A stretch of 64,000 nucleotides of DNA from Saccostrea echinata (GCF_033153115.1 NW_026889761.1:16554001-16618000); one strand, 5' to 3'; positions 27,859 through 41,638 are shown, counted from the first letter of the stretch. The notes: generated by a model from the sequence alone, not told the origin. A program made the numbers and translations.

Positions 27859-28821
27859 TTAAAGTTTTTTTTTTTCAATTGTGCATTTTATTTCACAATC
27901 TTGCTTCAACAGTGTAAATACCAAAAATAAATATATTTAAAGGATTTTTGTGTGTGTTTACATTATATCTTTAAGATTTTAAGTACTCTTTTCGCATTTG
28001 AATAATAAACTATGTTATCTTACTAATTGATATAATTTATCCGTTTAATTTAGTCACAGTTATTGTTTTATTCTACTTCTCTTATTTCTATTTGCAATAA
28101 ATCAAGGAAAATATGTTTCGTTAATGTATTATGAAGGACGTAAAAAAGGTTTTAGCTGTATTATCTCACCATAGACAACTCTATGAAAATTATTTCGATA
28201 TATATAAATATATATATATGATGCATGATTTTGGCTTCTTCTCAGAAGTTATAATGTAATGTAGTCAGCTGCAAGTCTAGACTTTAAAACTGGCTAAAAA
28301 TGAAGGCAACTGTCATAAATATGTTTTTACATGTTTTTCGTTCGATAAATATAGCACGGATAAGGAAAACACAGCAATATCTTAGAATATCAACTCTGGA
28401 AAATTTCAGTGTCTATTAATATCTAGTATTGCTCAATCATAAGCTTCATTTCTTAGCAAACACGCCTGTCTGATAACTTGAGAAAATCGAGCGAATTGAG
28501 TATCGATAGAGATACAAGTTGCTTTCTACTGTAGGTATGTATACATACAGCTTATTTGTGTTACAACGCAAAATTACATCGAATTTAGGGATTTTAATAA
28601 ATTCAAATTCTAATCATAAACATTATTTTATGAATATGGAGTTTGATTTGTTTTCTTATGTCATTCGTACTTAACATTCACTAAAATGAGTAGAAAGGCG
28701 AAATATATAGATCAGTTAAATATGAATTGATAGTTTGAGTCAATGTATTAATTTCTTTAAGGTTATAAATGCCATTACATATTGAATTGCTGCGCCTTTA
28801 AATATATTTGTGTACCAGGAA

Positions 28822-28900
28822 GGGAAATTCCAAATTTAAAAATAGGCATTACGGGAGATTAAATCATCGAAACGTAAAATCAGATATATGTGTATATAAA
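28822..28900 (+). promoter_or_regulatory. Consensus kB site and TATA box upstream of IAP gene 2
   Basis: GGGAAATTCC at 28822-28831 matches GGGRNWYYCC. TATATAAA at ~28893. Confidence 0.5.
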
Positions 28901-28975
28901 CATTAAAGATAAGATTGTGCATTACGGAATCACAATAAATGACCCTTGTATATATCATGAAGTTTTTGCAGGTAA

Positions 28976-31124
28976 ATGTCAGAAGTTAAACAAAAGAAAA
29001 CTCGATCATTTCCTTACTACGAGACTTATGAAAAGAGATTCCAGACTTTTAAGAACTGGCCAGGGATAGCGAATCCACGCCTTCTGGCCCGCGCTGGGTT
29101 CTTTTCTACAGGTAATTTGTAGATCCACCTACATGTATTATGCAGGTAATTTGTAGGCTCCATGCATATTGAAAAAGGAAAAAAACGAGAAAAGCAATAT
29201 TTGATTATCATAATTTGTCAGAAATTTAAAATACCTCGTTTTGATCAATATTGTCATGATTAAATGGAATCAGATTCACCATAAAGGTGTTCAATTAAAA
29301 CATTAGATCTCCCTTCAAGATTAGATTACATTGTAACACAACTTAATTTCATGGATGAACGAAAAGAGAGATAACCCCGCTTACATTTAACAGCGTAAAG
29401 TCACCCAGAGTAATGTCCCTTGATTAAACTTACAGACACTGCTGATCATGTTCGCTGTTTCTCCTGTGGAGTTGGGATCAAATGTTGGGATAGCTCCTGT
29501 GATCCATGGACTGAACATTTGAGATGGAGACCGAAGTGTGAATATCTTAAAACAGGCTATTCCGCATACAACAAGGAGAAATTGGTAAGGCATTCGTTGG
29601 TATAAATTATATTATCATTTCAAACGATGTCTGGGATACTCAGTAAATGTTTATAAAGTTTTTGATAAAAAAAAATCAAGCTCACAAAAATTTTACTATG
29701 ACTACTATCATGAAATATTTCTGCCTTTATACATACATGCATGAGTACTTTTGATACATTATACACTTACTAATTAAAGAAATAATTTTGCCACCTATTT
29801 AAATATAAATTAAAAGCTTTTCAAACAATTTTGTTTAGCTATGCCCTTGTTCCAAGCAGCCTTTCCCATAATAGTGTATAATAATTTCAGAGAGTAGGAT
29901 ATTCCTCGTTTGAGGAACGATTAATGTCTTTCACAGCCTCATGGCCTGGAACAGAGTCTCAGGATCCAGTACAAATGGCTAATGCTGGATTTTTCTACAT
30001 CGGTAGGATAATTTTCATTGTAAAATCTAAAGTGTTATATTCAAAGTTAGATTAGAACTTATTTCAGAAACTGCTTTAAAATTGCTATATATCAAGTTTC
30101 TGTTTGCTTTTAATGAAAATTTTATTAACACTTTTGTGCATATTAAAAAATGGCTTGAAAAAAAAAATCCGAATTTGTTGAACATTCTTTTAAGGATATG
30201 GTGATCACGTGCAGTGTTACTGCTGTAATATACACGTGCATTCCTGGGAGGCACAGGATATTCCTATACAGGAACACGCACGGTGGAAACCAAACTGTGG
30301 CCACCTCCGAGAGAGGCTGCTACTGGAGAGCAAGCGCGAAAAGGCAAGTTAGAAACTGGTCAAACAGATCGATAAATGTCTTGTCATCTGACAGCTTAAC
30401 TCTTTCGTAAGATTTAACATTTGATGGATCAATTATTAGCAAAATATTGTAAATATTTTAAAAGTTATTTATTATTTCATTATTGCAAATTAGGAATTAC
30501 AACAGTCGCAAAATGGAATTTTAAAAAAGCATGTAGAGGCATCTACAACCAAAAATCATAATGACGCAGAGGGTTTTGAAGGTTAGTTTTCATATACATA
30601 CAAAATGTGCATAAATAACTTCCTTTTAGAACAATTATCAAGAGAGAATATCCTTGAAATTATAATTTTTACTAGACTGTCTTCAGTATTTGATGTGAAA
30701 TAATTCGTAAATAAATTTAGATTAAAATTTTTGTGTTTCTGTATATATTACAACAGATTGCCCTGTCCCTGAAGTGACCACAATTTATGACCTTGGACAA
30801 GGGGTCACGATTAGAACTGAGGAAGATAATTCAGTTTTAAACTTAAATGCCGTCCAGTTAACCCGCTTTCCTAAGTATACCTCGTCGACAAAAAAGACTT
30901 TCGGTATGTAACAATAAAAAGAAATATATTTTGACTAAACTGGTACAACCCAATTCTTTTTCCTTATCTTTCCATCTTTTTATCTTTTACAGGTGGTAAA
31001 CAGTATTTTCCTTATTATCTTCCTTACTTTTGTTTTTTTTTTTTTTACAGGTGGTAAGCAGTATTTCCCAGTCAGTACTAGTGTGACAGGAAGTACAAGT
31101 TCGTTCATGGACACACATGTATAG
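28976..31124 (+). CDS. IAP with two BIR domains and no RING, 7 coding exons
   Basis: Exons 28976-29111, 29436-29584, 29891-30002, 30195-30343 (GC donor), 30494-30581, 30757-30903, 31051-31124. BIR1: RFQTFKNWP...LARAGFF...VRCFSCGVGIKCWDSSCDPWTEHLRWRPKC. BIR2: RLMSFTASWP...MANAGFFY...VQCYCC...EHARWKPNC. The 3' exons are less certain. Confidence 0.85.
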
Positions 31125-32579
31125 TAACTCATTTCATTGCTCAGCAAAACAAATTAGGACAAAAATACACTTAACGTGATGAAGTGAATCCGAGGTGAGG
31201 AGTCTTTTTTAAATCATTCTTTATAAAGAAGCAAAAATATAAAACAATTGTTTTGATTTTGTTCAAAGATTCAACTCCTGCATAAAGATACTCATGGGAC
31301 TGAATATCGAAAACACAAGTTGATATTATTTAGTTATATTGATAAAAAGCTTTTATTAAATACAGGTTTATACAATTTTGATATACTTTTGAGTTTATTT
31401 TATATGCAATCTGCTAACCTATTGCATTCAAAAAAAAAAAAAAAATCTAGGTTCGAAAAATGGTGATATATGTATGTGTTTTGAAAATTCGAGCTGAGAT
31501 TTGTAATGTAGACACTACATGTGATGTATTTTATTTTGCAACCGTCAATATAAGATTTTGTTTGTCAGTGTACTGCTCTTTATGTTCATATTCATGTCAA
31601 AATTTCATTTTTAATATTTTCATTTTTAAGGCAACTATTACATGTAATTATAGGGCTTTTCAAAGGTAAAAAATGATTTAAACAGGTAGATCACAAACCC
31701 TGGGAATTATGAAGAATAAGGATTTCCCACTTTTTTCAAGATATACCTCACTCCAAGTTATTAAAATTTCTACTTACATATTTTACACCATGTCAAATGA
31801 AACAAATGACAAGCAATAAATTTTTTACCTGAGGATATTTTTGGTTGAAATTTTTACTCAATTTTCACGGCAGAAAAACCGTTATTATTGAATATTGCCA
31901 TTTATGTGTATGTGACCTTTTCTTTAAAGCCACATATATAGTTTATACTTAAACGTTGTGTGTGTGTGTGTGTTTGTTTTTGTTTTTTTTAAATACAGTT
32001 GTCAAGACCTGTCGTCATTTCTAAATTTATAATAAAATCCTTGAAATACGGGAATCAACAATTTGTAGGGAGCACAACTATAAAGATGAAAAAAAAAATT
32101 ATACAATTTACATTAATCAAAATATACGATATTGAACCTTATATATATAATTGTGACTGATTGTTCATTGTTAAGTGAATATTTTTTGTCCATGAAATGT
32201 ATGCACAAAAATGTTTCAATGTTCTGAATATACTCATCTTTTTGTTGATATTTTTGTCATAAATGTGTATATAATTTGATTTTTATAATATATTAAAATA
32301 AAAACACAAAAATGTGCAGATGAGATGTGATGATAGAAACATAATAAAAATTTTTACCCACCTACTTTCTTTGCATACAAAAATTACTTAAGAATAATCG
32401 TTCATTAATGATTTATTATACTCAAATACAACATTCAATTCTATGTCATGTTGCGAACTCCACTTTCACTGGCCAGTACAGCGTATTTCGAAGTATTTAT
32501 TTAAGTCATCCCTTAATGATTTTTTAATCACTGGAATAATAATCAACTTAAATTAGGAACGTACAAATCAAAAAAAATA

Positions 32580-33485
32580 TTTAGCTCAACCATTCCTCAC
32601 GATAAATTGAATATTTTTTTTATCATAGACAACTGCTTCATAAAAAAAAAGAAGAAAAAAAAACGGAACTCGGAAATTTTCTAATTTTGTGATTGGTCAT
32701 CAACAAAATTACTTTGTTAAAAATAACTCTGACTCTACACACAAGTACTCTGAAGGTGATGTTAAAAGGATGCTAGAGTTCCTCATTTACAACATATATG
32801 CAGTCTTCGGAGACCAAGTCTTCCAACAAACTGTTGGAATTTTGATGTGCACTAACTGTGCCCCTTTATTAGTCGACCTGTTTTTATATTCATATGAAGC
32901 AAAATTTAATCAAAGACTTCTTCATGAGAAGAAGACACTTGCTATGGCCTTCAATTCGATATTCAGATATATCGACGACGACGTGTTATGAATTAACAAT
33001 AGTTACTTCCTTTCATATGTTGGCTCGATATATCCCAGTGACCTTGAAATAAAAGACACCACTCTGTTTAATATTTAGATGTTTTGCTTACTATAGATTA
33101 GTAGTGTTATGTAGTAATATTCTGCAATCACCTGCCTATAGCGTTTTTATAACCCAGCTTATTTGATACTCAAGAGCTCTGAGTACGATCAATTTTTAAT
33201 CCAAGGCAGGCTACTGGCAGATAAGATGATGTTACAGGAATTTCAACAATCTCATTAAATGTCAGCATTTCGTAAATTATATGATCGTTATAATGACCTT
33301 GTTACGTATTGTAACAAATATAACATATAAATTGGTCGTATTTTGACTGAGGTGTTTCAAACCAATTGTTAGATCTTTATTTTTATACATATACTTTATT
33401 TGAATGTGTCTACCTGATCAATACTTTGGCTCACTGCAGGCGTGTCCGGTCAACAGGGGATGCTTACTCTTCCTAGCCACCTCCC
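32580..33485 (+). mobile_element. Penelope-like retroelement 3' fragment (RT domain), decayed
   Basis: FQQTVGILMCTNCAPLLVDLFLYSYE...FRYIDDDVL matches the PLE (Naiad-like) RT signature GIPMGTNCAP...YIDD. Ends in the conserved GTGTGACCGGTC...GGGGATGCTTACTC-type motif. Confidence 0.8.
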
Positions 33486-34052
33486 GAACAAATATCTACT
33501 ATAGTTATGGTTATATATAAAGTAATTTACCATAATTATTTTCTAGACTTGATGAATTCTCCTTGTTATTGGAATTTTCTTCTTTTTTTACAACTTTGGA
33601 GCAAAATGTTAGATGTGTATAAAAATGAGCATAACAACTAGAGCATTTTATTTTAAAAAGGTCTATTATTTTAATCAAGAAAACAGTGATTCTCTCAATC
33701 TTGAATTTCTCTCTTAGTAAAGAGTTATTCCCCCTTAGGAAAAACAACATGGATTGTAATGTTGTGAAACGTCTTGCAAGAACAAGTGCCCCCAATATAT
33801 GATCATCCTGTGGTTATGAGTCATTGTTTGATATTTTCGCATGTGTGAATAATAATCAAGAAGCTGTCCTTCCCGTACAGTTCCCATAAAATTCTTTATC
33901 TTTTTCTTATAGTATGAATGAAAATGTTCTTGCTGTTAAATGCATATGCAACATGCAGATCTTTATCAACGGTAGGCCTACACTTGTAAGACTGTTCTTA
34001 GTATCTTCATAAAACCACTTCTCTAGTTGTTGAAACAATGGCATAAAAATGG

Positions 34053-35726
34053 TCAATGATATATAGAAATGATCTTTTTTCTTGGCTTTCTTCGTTTTGG
34101 CTTTTTCTGAGTTCTTTTATTGACTTTCGTTTTATTCTGAACTGGGTTTTCAGGCACTGTAGCAGTCTCTAATGGAGTTTTGATGATGGTAAGTTCACTC
34201 ATTAATGGGGCTACTTGTGCACTTTCGTACCACAAAATCATCCCATTTTCGTCAAATGGGTTTGTTTTAATGCCACTGTATTCTTCTGGGTCGTATTCTA
34301 TATTATCCACCTGTATATTAAAACAAAACACTGCTTTGTACTGGTATAGCATACAATGTTGATTCATAATTGTATGTTGTTCTGTAGCATAAGTAAATAA
34401 ATTCATGGTGTTCTTCTGGTGTAGTGAGGTCAATAATAATACATGTAGCTAATGACACGATGTTCTTTGATTATACAAGTTATTATTATTTATGTATTAC
34501 CTCTAAATTCCCTTAATTTAATTCTGTAAACTTTGCATTTAATCATACATTTATACACGAAAAATATTAAAGTCCACAGCAGTTATCACCCTGGAATGTT
34601 CATTTGTGAAATGTTTATCTGAAAGTACTGTATGATATAAAATGTTTACCCATACGTAATGAAATATTTACCTATACTTTGTGATGTGAAATGTTTACCT
34701 GTACTTAACGATATATAATATTACTCTGCACTTTGTAAAAAGAAATGTTTACCTGCACTTTTATAACTGTTTTGTACACTATGACACTGATTCCTATGAC
34801 AGCTGACGTACAGATCACCACTGCTATGACAATAATGACTATGGTGGTGCCAGCTGAAAAGTCAAAAGGCAACCAATAAAAATTTAAGTAAAAATAAAAG
34901 TCTTGAATTGCATACCTGACTCCAACCCACTTCTTTAACGTTTGAAAGGATTCTGATAAAAATTAAGTAACCTGGTCACTCATCTGGAAAATGTAGGTCA
35001 AATCCAAAAACGGAAGCAATTCTGGTAGTGTATATCAATAATTCCTCAAATACACTTACTGTTATCATCCTCTGGCTGTATTGAATTTTGTTGGGAATCA
35101 TTTGTTTTTGCCTCCACTGACGTATTCACAACTGTCGTGACGTCAGCGGTGCTGCTCTCTATCGGAGAAGTTACGTCAGTGGTGGCATCCATCGTACTAT
35201 CCGATGAATCATCATCGTCTGTAGTGGACATAACCTCTGTGGTGGAACTTTCACTCGATGAGCTTTCTATATTTTGTACTGTGGCGCCATCTTTAGTCGT
35301 CGTGTCAACGTCTGAGGAAACTGTAGTGATTGATTGCTCTGCTGTTGTTATTTCTGTAGCATCTGAGTTTGCTGCAACTGTAAATACTTCTGTCGTTGTT
35401 TCTTCGTCAGTTGTTGTGGTGGAAGTTGTTATTGTTGTTGTTGTGGTGGTGGTGGTAGTTATAGATTCTTCTGTCTCTGTAGTGGTGTCATCCTCAGTGC
35501 TCGCCGTCGTACTACTTGCGGGTGCCACTTTTTCTAATGCATTAAACATACTTATAATCAATGACAAACATTTCATAAATTTCTATCTATATTCAAAGTT
35601 TTTCAACATAAAAACGTATCTGTTTCTCTTGTAAGAAATTTAGACCATCGTACCTACGTTTGATAGAAGATGAAATAAAAATAAAATGGTAAACTTTTTG
35701 AAATTTGAGGTCCGCTTAATTCCCAT
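34053..35726 (-). CDS. Mucin-like single-pass type I membrane protein, 4 coding exons
   Basis: Exons 35726-35654 (signal-like MGIKRTSNFKKFTILFLFHLLSNV), 35533-35060 (Thr/Ser/acidic-rich), 34853-34753 (TM IVIIVIAVVICTSAVIGISVIVY) and 34310-34053 (cytoplasmic tail with Tyr, NPF and a basic end). Phases are compatible. Confidence 0.82.
34605..34762. repeat. Degenerate ~28 bp minisatellite overlapping a splice donor
   Basis: About 5-6 copies of AAATGTTTACCTGYACTT-like units. Confidence 0.6.
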
Positions 35727-37189
35727 GATAAAACACTGATACCTTCAAAATTAAAATAGTTTGCTATGAATTAGCTGTGAGACATTTAATTCTCTTTGAT
35801 TAAAATAGAAGATCTTAATGCAACAACGGTAATCAATGTTTGATGGTATCTATTTGATTGTCATTCATAAGAGACAGCCATTGTTTTGTATTTTAGATGT
35901 GCAAGCCGTATCTGATGGCCCTAATAATAACAATTATATTGACCTTAATATTATTTGTCTTAAGTCATTTGTCGTCCTCTCTATAAAGGTTTTATTCTAC
36001 AGAGGCTATCTTAAACAACGCTTCTTTTATATTCTAAAAACTAAATTATTCAAATCTTAAAATTACTATGATACATGTACATATATGAAATTTGTTTATT
36101 TCAAAGGGAAAGTCGTGGCCCAAATTGTAAAAATGCGTGTTAAAATAAAAAAAAATATATACAACTAAACTTACTAGTCTTGAATATAAATTTTCTTTGG
36201 ATGATTTGGAATTTATTTTTTTTTTATATAAAAATCATTAATAACATGGCTTTAAATATGCTTACGTGTCATTTATCTTTGACTTTACTAAATTTACTAA
36301 TTAAATTACTATGACATTATTATATATTTTATAACTTTTGTTCGATTTTGTTGAACTATTAAACAGAACTGTAAAAAAAAAAACCAAACAGATAAATATT
36401 CAAATTAACACATATGGCCTAGGAATCTAGTTTTCTATTTATTTTATAATCTTTCAGACATCAGTATTGCATCAGAAATTTATTGTATGTACTACATGAA
36501 ATATGGAGATAAAAGCAGTAATCAAGCCTAAATCAGGAATTCAATGTATGTACAACATGAAACATGAAGATAACAAACAGCAATCAGGCTCAAAGAGCTA
36601 GGTTCACTTGATGCATAAAATGGCCCTATAGATATACCAATTTATTGACTAACACCTTATGTCCATTTTAAACATCAAGATGAAGTAGAGACTTAGTGCT
36701 TTTTCCTATTAAAATTTTTCTCCTTAAAGTCCAGGTCTTGGAAAACAAGCTTTATGGAATTGCAATGTTCTTGAATTTTAAGGAAAATAGGTAGATTTAA
36801 GTACTTAACTTTCAGAGAAGAAAAATTATATAAGCGCACCCTCTGATCTAAAAAATAAAACATGTTTTGTAATCCTCAGAAACGGTTCTATCAGTAAATA
36901 ATTGCATATTTTAGATCAGAGATTGCGCTCTATATTAATTATCGAAAAATAGCTTTAAAAATTGGCTGTTTCTGTAGAATTGTTCAGGATATGAGGAAAA
37001 TGACGCATTTCATGACGTCATAATGCATTGACTAGCCAGAAAATTGCGTCATTTTTGGTAGATTCGCAATCGCCAAATGTCTAAATTTAATTAAATGCAT
37101 TGTCAACTAAAGATAAGCAGTTTCAGTTTTCTAGAAATTCACAGGGCCAAAAGGCCCTATGTGAACCTTATTCTTTCCTTTGAAACAGG

Positions 37190-37400
37190 ACAAATCGGAA
37201 GCAGAACAAACTGGACCTCTAAAAACATCAGAAGTGGGATCAAGTGTCTTGGGGGTGGTTAAGCATCCTCTGTTGACCGGTCACACCCACCGTTTGCTCC
37301 TTGTCTTGATCCGGACAAAACGGAAAAACGTGTAGACAATTCAGTGTGTGAATAATGGCCTAAAGATTAGCATCAAAAACGTCAGTCAGCATTCGACTTA
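37190..37400 (-). mobile_element. Penelope-like element 3' end fragment
   Basis: Reverse complement of the conserved GGTGTGACCGGTCAACAG.GGATGCTTA...TGATCCCAC motif. Confidence 0.65.
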
Positions 37401-38894
37401 CTGATTACAGGAGTTTGTATAGCCGCAATAAAATTATTTAAACTCTCTCTCTATATATATAAACAATAAGGATTTGTTTAAAAGTTTACAAAATTTCTAA
37501 TTCTCCAGGCTCTGCCATTGGTTATGTACACTGACGTCAGTCGTAACAGTACAATTCTTTAAAGCTTGATTGAAACCTTTGGAAAGAGCCCCAAAACAAA
37601 ATGATCTAATAGTTTATTTAAATACGCTGTATGTATATGGAGATTTAAATAATTCTAGAATTATCTCAATATGACTAACATTTGGAATTCTGTACTACGT
37701 ACTACTCTAATCATCTTTCAAAATTTTATAATTCTATTGATGATTTAAATCTTCCATTCGTGCTTTGAATTCTCCTTACGTACCTTATAGCTGAAAGTAG
37801 TTCGCGTAAAAAGTATGAATATGTGCTTATCTGGAAGATAGATAATACTAATCCATTTTACAACTAAGAGAAACGAATTTCCTTCATTATCTTGAATTAT
37901 GCTTGCAGTGTATCTGCAAGTCGAATTTATATAACTATGTTTCATATACTATCATGGAATGTATTATGAATCGCTCGACTTCTTTTGGGAACAAATAAGA
38001 CAAATAGAGGGAGAAACAGAGTAGATAAAAAGGTTTATGTCTTTGAAAAGATCATGACACTCATCGCATGTATTCTTGAGATATTATAGCAAGCTCTTAC
38101 TTAAATTATAGTCATTATGTAATAAATCAAACTTTTCAATTTCTATTGTTTAGATTTGCTTGAAGGTTAATCCATTTTTCTGCAACTTTATATATTACTT
38201 ACTGATTTGCAAGAAAATAATAACAGAATTCAACATATTATTTCATATGATTTATGCTTTTCCGTAAAGTTATAGGGACATTTTTCAAAAGAATTTAAGA
38301 ATTAAGGAGGATATTTTCTTCGCCGTACAACATATCTCGTGAAGAATTTATACTTCAAAATTCTCAGGCCCGTACTATTCTCCTCTTTGAAAGAAGACAT
38401 TTTCTGGTTCAGACACGTTTAGAGGAGAAGTATTATTCCAGCAATACCCCCAGAGTGTTATTTATAGTTAACTCAAAAATGAAAATATTTAACAGGCTGT
38501 TTTGTTAACTGCTGCTTATTATTCAAAAGTATAAAAAAAAGTCCAGGGCATGACAAATGTGACACATGATACTTGGATGCATGACAAAATTAAAAATCAA
38601 TTTAGAGAGAAGACTGAATAGTGACCTATATATAGCTGATAAAGTTTTAACAAAGAATCTCAATTGGAGTGTACCCCGTTTTATGGTAAACATATATATT
38701 AAAGATCGTAAAATGGAAAAAAGCAAACACGCATATATCACAGGATTTCAGGTAACTGAAGACGTTGAATGAACCAGGTAAGACAGTTTAATTGAATTTA
38801 ATAGCCGAAAAAAAATGTTTTGATTCTGTACAATTGGAATTTTGCACTTTGACTAATTCTTTTCTTTCCAGAGAAATCATAATGTCAAAAAATA

Positions 38895-40572
38895 ATGAAT
38901 CATCTGACGCAAGATGTAGTACGGTGTGGGTTATGTAACGGCAAGAAAAATAAGTTGCCTGCTGATAGATTATGCAGTACATGCAATGCAGATCTATGTA
39001 GTGAGTGCGTTGGTGTCCACATTAGGAACTCGAACCCATCAACTCAGCATATTATTGTTGGTCACAAGGATCGGCCAACGGAACAGGTTTTTGATGTTTT
39101 AAACTGTGACACCCACATGGAAAGATGTATTATGTTTTGCAGTGTTTGCGACAGACCTGTATGTGCAAAATGCCTTGCATCAAAATCGCATAGAAATCAT
39201 GAACTGGTTGAAATTTCATTAAATATACAATTGCTGTTAGAAAAGCTTAGAGAAGAGACGGAAGAGCTTCAACATTCCCTGGCACCAGGGTACGAAAAAC
39301 TGATATCTGATCTAGAATATAAAAAAAATGCTTCAGGAAAGATCTCACAAAGAGGTGAGAGAAAACATAATTGAGCAGGGGACCTATCTCCACCAAGAAC
39401 TAGAAAAAATCATTCAAAATCATCTGAAGGAAGCAAAGAAAATAGAGGAAGAAGACCTTTCAATTTTAGGAAAGCAGATTTCAGATATGAAATCAATTCT
39501 CTCTGAGATTCAGAAAATTACTAAAGAAAATCAGAATCTTCTGAAGACAAAAACCATTAAAAACGTTTTGAAACATGAGTCGGAGAATGAAAGATTCCCA
39601 GAAGTGCAAAAATTAATCGAGTTATCGCCTCCATCTTTCGTGTCTCAAAGGATTCCTCAAGAAGCATTAAGCCAGCTGTTTGGGACACTCACCTGTTCTG
39701 TCAGAAGAGAGACGCGTCATTATCTTATACCCTCTGCGACTAATCTTCGAAGCAAAAGAGAGGGCCTCAGAATACCTGAAATAATACGAACATGGAGAAC
39801 TGGATTGAAAGTCTCACCAAAAATTTCCTGTTGTCTTGAATCGGATGACTGTTACGTTAGATCTAGTAGCACTATCAAACAATTTAGCGCAACTGGAAAT
39901 GAGTTAAATGTGACAAAATTAAAATCGGAGAGTCATTTTCTCATTGATATAACAGTTTCGAAAAATAACACTTTGTTTTACAGTGATAACCGCGACAGAA
40001 GTGTTAATTTTGTAAAAAATAACACAATAAAAACCCTAATAACACTTGATGGTTGGAAACCATTAGCTATATGTTCCTCTTCTACTGGTGACATTTTAGT
40101 TTCAATGCAAACAGATGACGAAAAACAAAGCAAAGTTGTCCGATATTCTGGGACTACAGTCTCTCAGGAAATTCAGTACAAAGATATAAGTACACCTTTG
40201 TACTCAAACCCATTATTCATTTGTGAAAATACAAATTTTGATATATGTATTTCTGACTGGGATAAGAACTCTGTAGAAGTTGTTGATAGCGATGGAGAGT
40301 TCATTTTCAGTTATGAAGGAAACCGAGCTTTGACAAAATATAAAGATAAGTTTAATCCCCGAGGCCTTGCATGTGACAGCTTGTCTCATATTTTGATAAC
40401 CGACTTTCTGAATAACCTTGTGCATATTATTGATCATAACGGACACTTTCTCCGATTTATTGACAACTGTAACCTTCACTGTCCACAAGACGTGAGCGTG
40501 TCCAGAGACAATAAGCTTTATTTGGTGGAAAATTCAAAGGAGGAATTAAAAGTAATCAGTTATCTTGTCTAG
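38895..40572 (+). CDS. B-box/B-box/coiled-coil/NHL-like beta-propeller protein (TRIM2/3/71-like, RING-less), with one frameshift near 39321-39328
   Basis: B-box1 CGLC...CSTCNADLCSECVGVH...H; B-box2 CDTH...CSVCDRPVCAKC...H..H; NHL-like repeats WKPLAICSSSTGDILV, FNPRGLACDSLSHILITD, VHIIDHNGHFL. Two overlapping ORFs are joined across an A8 run. Confidence 0.85.
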
Positions 40573-41413
40573 ACTAATAATTATATTAAAAAACCCTAAC
40601 AAGTAACCACAAATCAAGCAAATACACTTTTTTCTTTTAAATGAATTATGACGCTGTCAAAGCTTTCTTGGTTGTGAGTAAATTTGAATTTTATTTTGTT
40701 TAACTGTATATATTAATTTGAAAATCAACTGTTAGTGTTTCCCTAGTTTATTATACGCATAGATGTGAAGCAGTGGAATTTCAGATCGGGTAGCACATTT
40801 CGTTTATTTAATTTATAGATGAACATAATTTTCTCAGGAAGCATTGTTTATTACAATTCATAATGTGTTTTAAACGTATTATGTTCATCATTTTATTTGT
40901 TTATCTGTTAAAACATAACGTTCTGTCTTTTTGAAGTGAAGTGCACTTTTGTATCTAATAAATTCATCTCTTGGAATAGATGGGGACAAATTTTCCTTTG
41001 TGTTTGTATATAATCACAGCGTCAACATTTAATTGGTAAAAAAGTGGTTACAAGTTCGAACTCTACAAAAAATAAATACATCCGCTTTGATAACTTTCAA
41101 ACTATATTTTATATTTGTATATGTTCTATAATTTATTGGTATATGCGAGGTTTGAATACTTTTGTTAGTGTGTTTGTCCCTCGAGAAGTTAATCACTCAT
41201 ATTAAGACGCCGACTATTGCCGTGCTCACTACTGTAATACAGGACCTCGTCTCGGGTCTCATCAGAAGGACCGATTTCCACGTTCCACATTGTGATCCAA
41301 ACCCAATGCATAATGACCAACTACCTACTTTCTATAGAAAAAAAAAACTTTCAAACGACTTGGCAAAGTGGTTTGAATAATTGATTGCCAACATTGTTTG
41401 AATTGACAAATTA

Positions 41414-41638
41414 CCGTATAAGCAGAAATTTTAGCGAGGATTCTTCAATTTTGGCATTTTTAGCAAGGGTGATGAGATCGCTAAAATTAGATATCGCTAA
41501 CAATTAATTCCGAAAAGGAGGTTAATGTTATTTATTTACGCTCAATAAAATCGCTAAAATTACTTCTCTCTAAAATAAAATTCTTATTTCTAAGGACAAA
41601 TAGCTTAATTTGCATCTCGCTAAAAATTCCTCGAACGG
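41414..41638. mobile_element. TA-flanked MITE
   Basis: TA|CCGTATAAGCAGAAATTTTAGCGAG ... CTCGCTAAAAATTCCTCGAACGG|TA, with internal TCGCTAAAAT repeats. Confidence 0.65.

Noticed and set aside
35137-35634. 165 aa Val/Ser-rich + strand ORF
   Set aside because: Antisense shadow of the Thr-rich mucin exon.
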